This document shows positions 61,556 to 64,000 of a stretch of 64,000 bases of DNA, in pieces. Source of the stretch: Laetmonice hystrix (Eukaryota). Below the pieces are notes generated by a model. The model was not told the DNA's origin. It worked only from the letters and a program-made list of their open reading frames with translations, and ran no database searches. The stretch's first letter is position 1; every line of letters begins with the position of its first letter. The stretch covers positions 10,726,001-10,790,000 of the forward strand of contig OZ249445.1 in assembly GCA_965235115.1 (NCBI GenBank), in the 5' to 3' direction. The translations under genes and the position numbers were made by a program.

Positions 61556-64000
61556 ACATTAGAAAGGCAGATACCGAAGAAGTATGGGCCACAGACTTAA
61601 CACCTGAATTCTGGACCAATGCCATTCCACATGTGTCAATTGTAACACAAGTAATACATTTTATAGTACGTAAAGAAAACCTGACATTTCCTCAATAACT
61701 GACGTGATGATGTTTATCCTTGAGGGACGCGTGATTAGAGCTTTAGAAGACCTTTGGGTTGCCAATCCGCTCCACTGTGGATAGACGTGGCAGACTTGCT
61801 GTCTGTTTGCTGTCGGTAATTCTTCAGTCATCAAAACGGGTTTATGCTGGTGAAGGTACTTACCAGAAACCGTTACCAAGGACCAAGGAATTAGTTTCTT
61901 AATGAAAGGCGGTAGATCTCTCATAATCCTCATACTGCGGAATGAGACCAATAACACAAATCGTATCAGTAAATACAGTTCTGTGCCCTTGCAGCCTTTT
62001 ACATGTATGGCTGCATTCCCTCAAAGGTATTCTGAAAGAGAACTAACTTTTTGTATTAGCTCTATTGGCCTACAGTCAGCAGAGGCATTGTGACAACAAT
62101 TTGTTTCAGTATGATAATTGGAAAATATCAATCGGTATTATAAAAGACATTGTACATTGGATAGTGATCAAATTAGATTTTGAACACTACCAAGTTCAAT
62201 ATTTGTTTATCGCTGCACTTTTGCAATTGTTATGGATACTTCACTCTTACAATGAGTTGAGTCAATGGGGGCAGGAATTGCCGTTGTACAAAAACCTAAC
62301 TGAAATCGTGTACTGCTTACTCTAAGGTAATTGCCAAGTAATGTTTGCATCCTTTATAATAGTAATTTCAGTGTATTCAGGTAATTTCGAAATAGGAATG
62401 TGCTCGACCACCATATGTCATTATTGTGGAGCTGGTTATCACCGATGCACCCAAAATGTGGAAATATTATTCCAATTAGGTCTACAAGAATCAATATAAG
62501 AAGGCCCGAGGATAATTGGGAGGATCACGTAGATTTTTACACGATCCTCTTGGTAATTAGAATGTCATCCATACAGCTTTCAACAGCAGGAACTAATACT
62601 CCATTACTCCTATGGAAGTCATTTTTTTACCACTGTAGTGGTGAACTTGCTATTTTCTGAGATGTATGGGAAACATAAATTTGTTGTTTCTGTGATTGAT
62701 GGAGATAAACCCATTAAATGTGTCCTACGACGCATCATCTCGGGTGCCCTAATAATTTAAATCGCTTCACTAATTTACTCATGTACCTATAAATGTTGAA
62801 ATATTGATGTCCCCTTCCCTTAATGTAGGCCTAGAACACATTGGATGGAATTAGGACTCGTCCATTAAATTATGAAATATAAAATGTAGGTCTCCATGAT
62901 ATGAGAAGGTCAAACGACGAGTTTATTATCACGTTGGAGCATAGTGAATAATCGAAATAGGACAGCCTGAATAATGAACTTGCATACTTTGCTGGAATCG
63001 GTGGTGAATCTAGTGTATGACCGTTCTGAAACATAAATACAATGTATGTGCGGGTTAGATATGAATGAGGAACGTCTGTAAAGAAAGAGTCCCTGTCTTG
63101 GTAATCTGGGCAGGATGTGGCTGTTAAAAAAAAGAATGATATGGTCAAAGGACACAATAATTTTAAGTAATATAGGAATTAGCTAGAGCTGTATTAAAAT
63201 GATGCCCTGGACATATTAATAACAAATCTATAGATAGTAAAATTGCATTTTTCACCAATTCCCGAAAATTCGTGGAAAAGTATTTGTTCTATAAAATATC
63301 AACAGCAACAGAAAAGAGGCCAGTGTGTGCGCCATCCAGATTCACATTGCTCAGAGATAGTAAGTAATCTTACATAGAATGATACTCTATCAGTATTTAT
63401 CATAAGATGTAAAGAGATGGAGCTCTTATCCTAATCCCTCTTGATGAAATTTGTATATGTTTCAAACTTTCATGCAAATAACATAAATTTAGTAATTAAT
63501 TATTGCAGAATAGGAAATAGGAAAATATTGGAAATTTGCAATTGTTACAATACTGGGGACAGTGATAAAAGCTTGCCAGTGGTTGCACCCCCCCGTCAGG
63601 AAGTATTTTTTCTGTTTTTCTGCTTAAAAGGTTCACACAAAACATACTCAACCCCCCCCCCCCCGCACCCTCGCCCCTTAGCACCCCCCTACCCCTACCC
63701 CCCCCCCTTGGCGCAAATCGCCCCTGCTTGGCCTTCTTTTTCTGAACTTGATTTGAAAACTCGTAAGAAGTCTAAAACATTGGAAGCTTTTATTTAAGGA
63801 CGTCGGACTCTAAGGTTGAAAACTGGCCCTAGGATTGAAAACTAGTCTAACGTACATAAACTATTACATTTTGTATATTATATAATATTATACCTATTAT
63901 AAACATTGCATGAAGAGATAGGCAAATATGAAACGTATAATCCAGCGCGTCTCCCAGCTGTACCTCTTCTGTTGAAATCAAACGTTGTCCAGTTGAAGGT

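Noticed and set aside
62988-63005. FAGIGG identical to C5 DNA-methyltransferase motif I
   Set aside because: Isolated six-residue match flanked by stops, with no PC or ENV motifs

Overview
Eukaryotic, intron-rich, AT-rich animal DNA, most likely from a marine invertebrate bilaterian (inference). No prokaryotic features, CRISPR arrays, rRNA or intact tRNA genes were found. Bases 122-12109 (+) hold the 3' part of a synaptojanin (SYNJ1-like) gene. I reconstructed 17 frame-continuous exons (3336 nt, 1111 aa plus stop) covering the end of the SAC1 domain, the inositol 5-phosphatase, the RRM-like domain and a long proline-rich tail. The 5' exons lie upstream of the window. The gene has one GC-AG intron, a probable 36-nt cassette exon, and an unexpected CRIB-like (Cdc42/Rac-binding) motif in the tail. 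At about 18-21 kb there is a CpG-rich putative promoter crowded with MITEs, poly-G/C tracts and AGGCCT palindromes. The stretch from 21 to 64 kb has no intact gene I can assign. It contains decayed mobile or coding remnants, a tRNA-derived SINE inserted into a minisatellite, a few candidate orphan exons and a clear NADAR (YbiA-like) pseudogene at 61.3-61.6 kb. Most ORFs in the supplied track are spurious. All homology calls come from motif recognition by eye, not from database searches.
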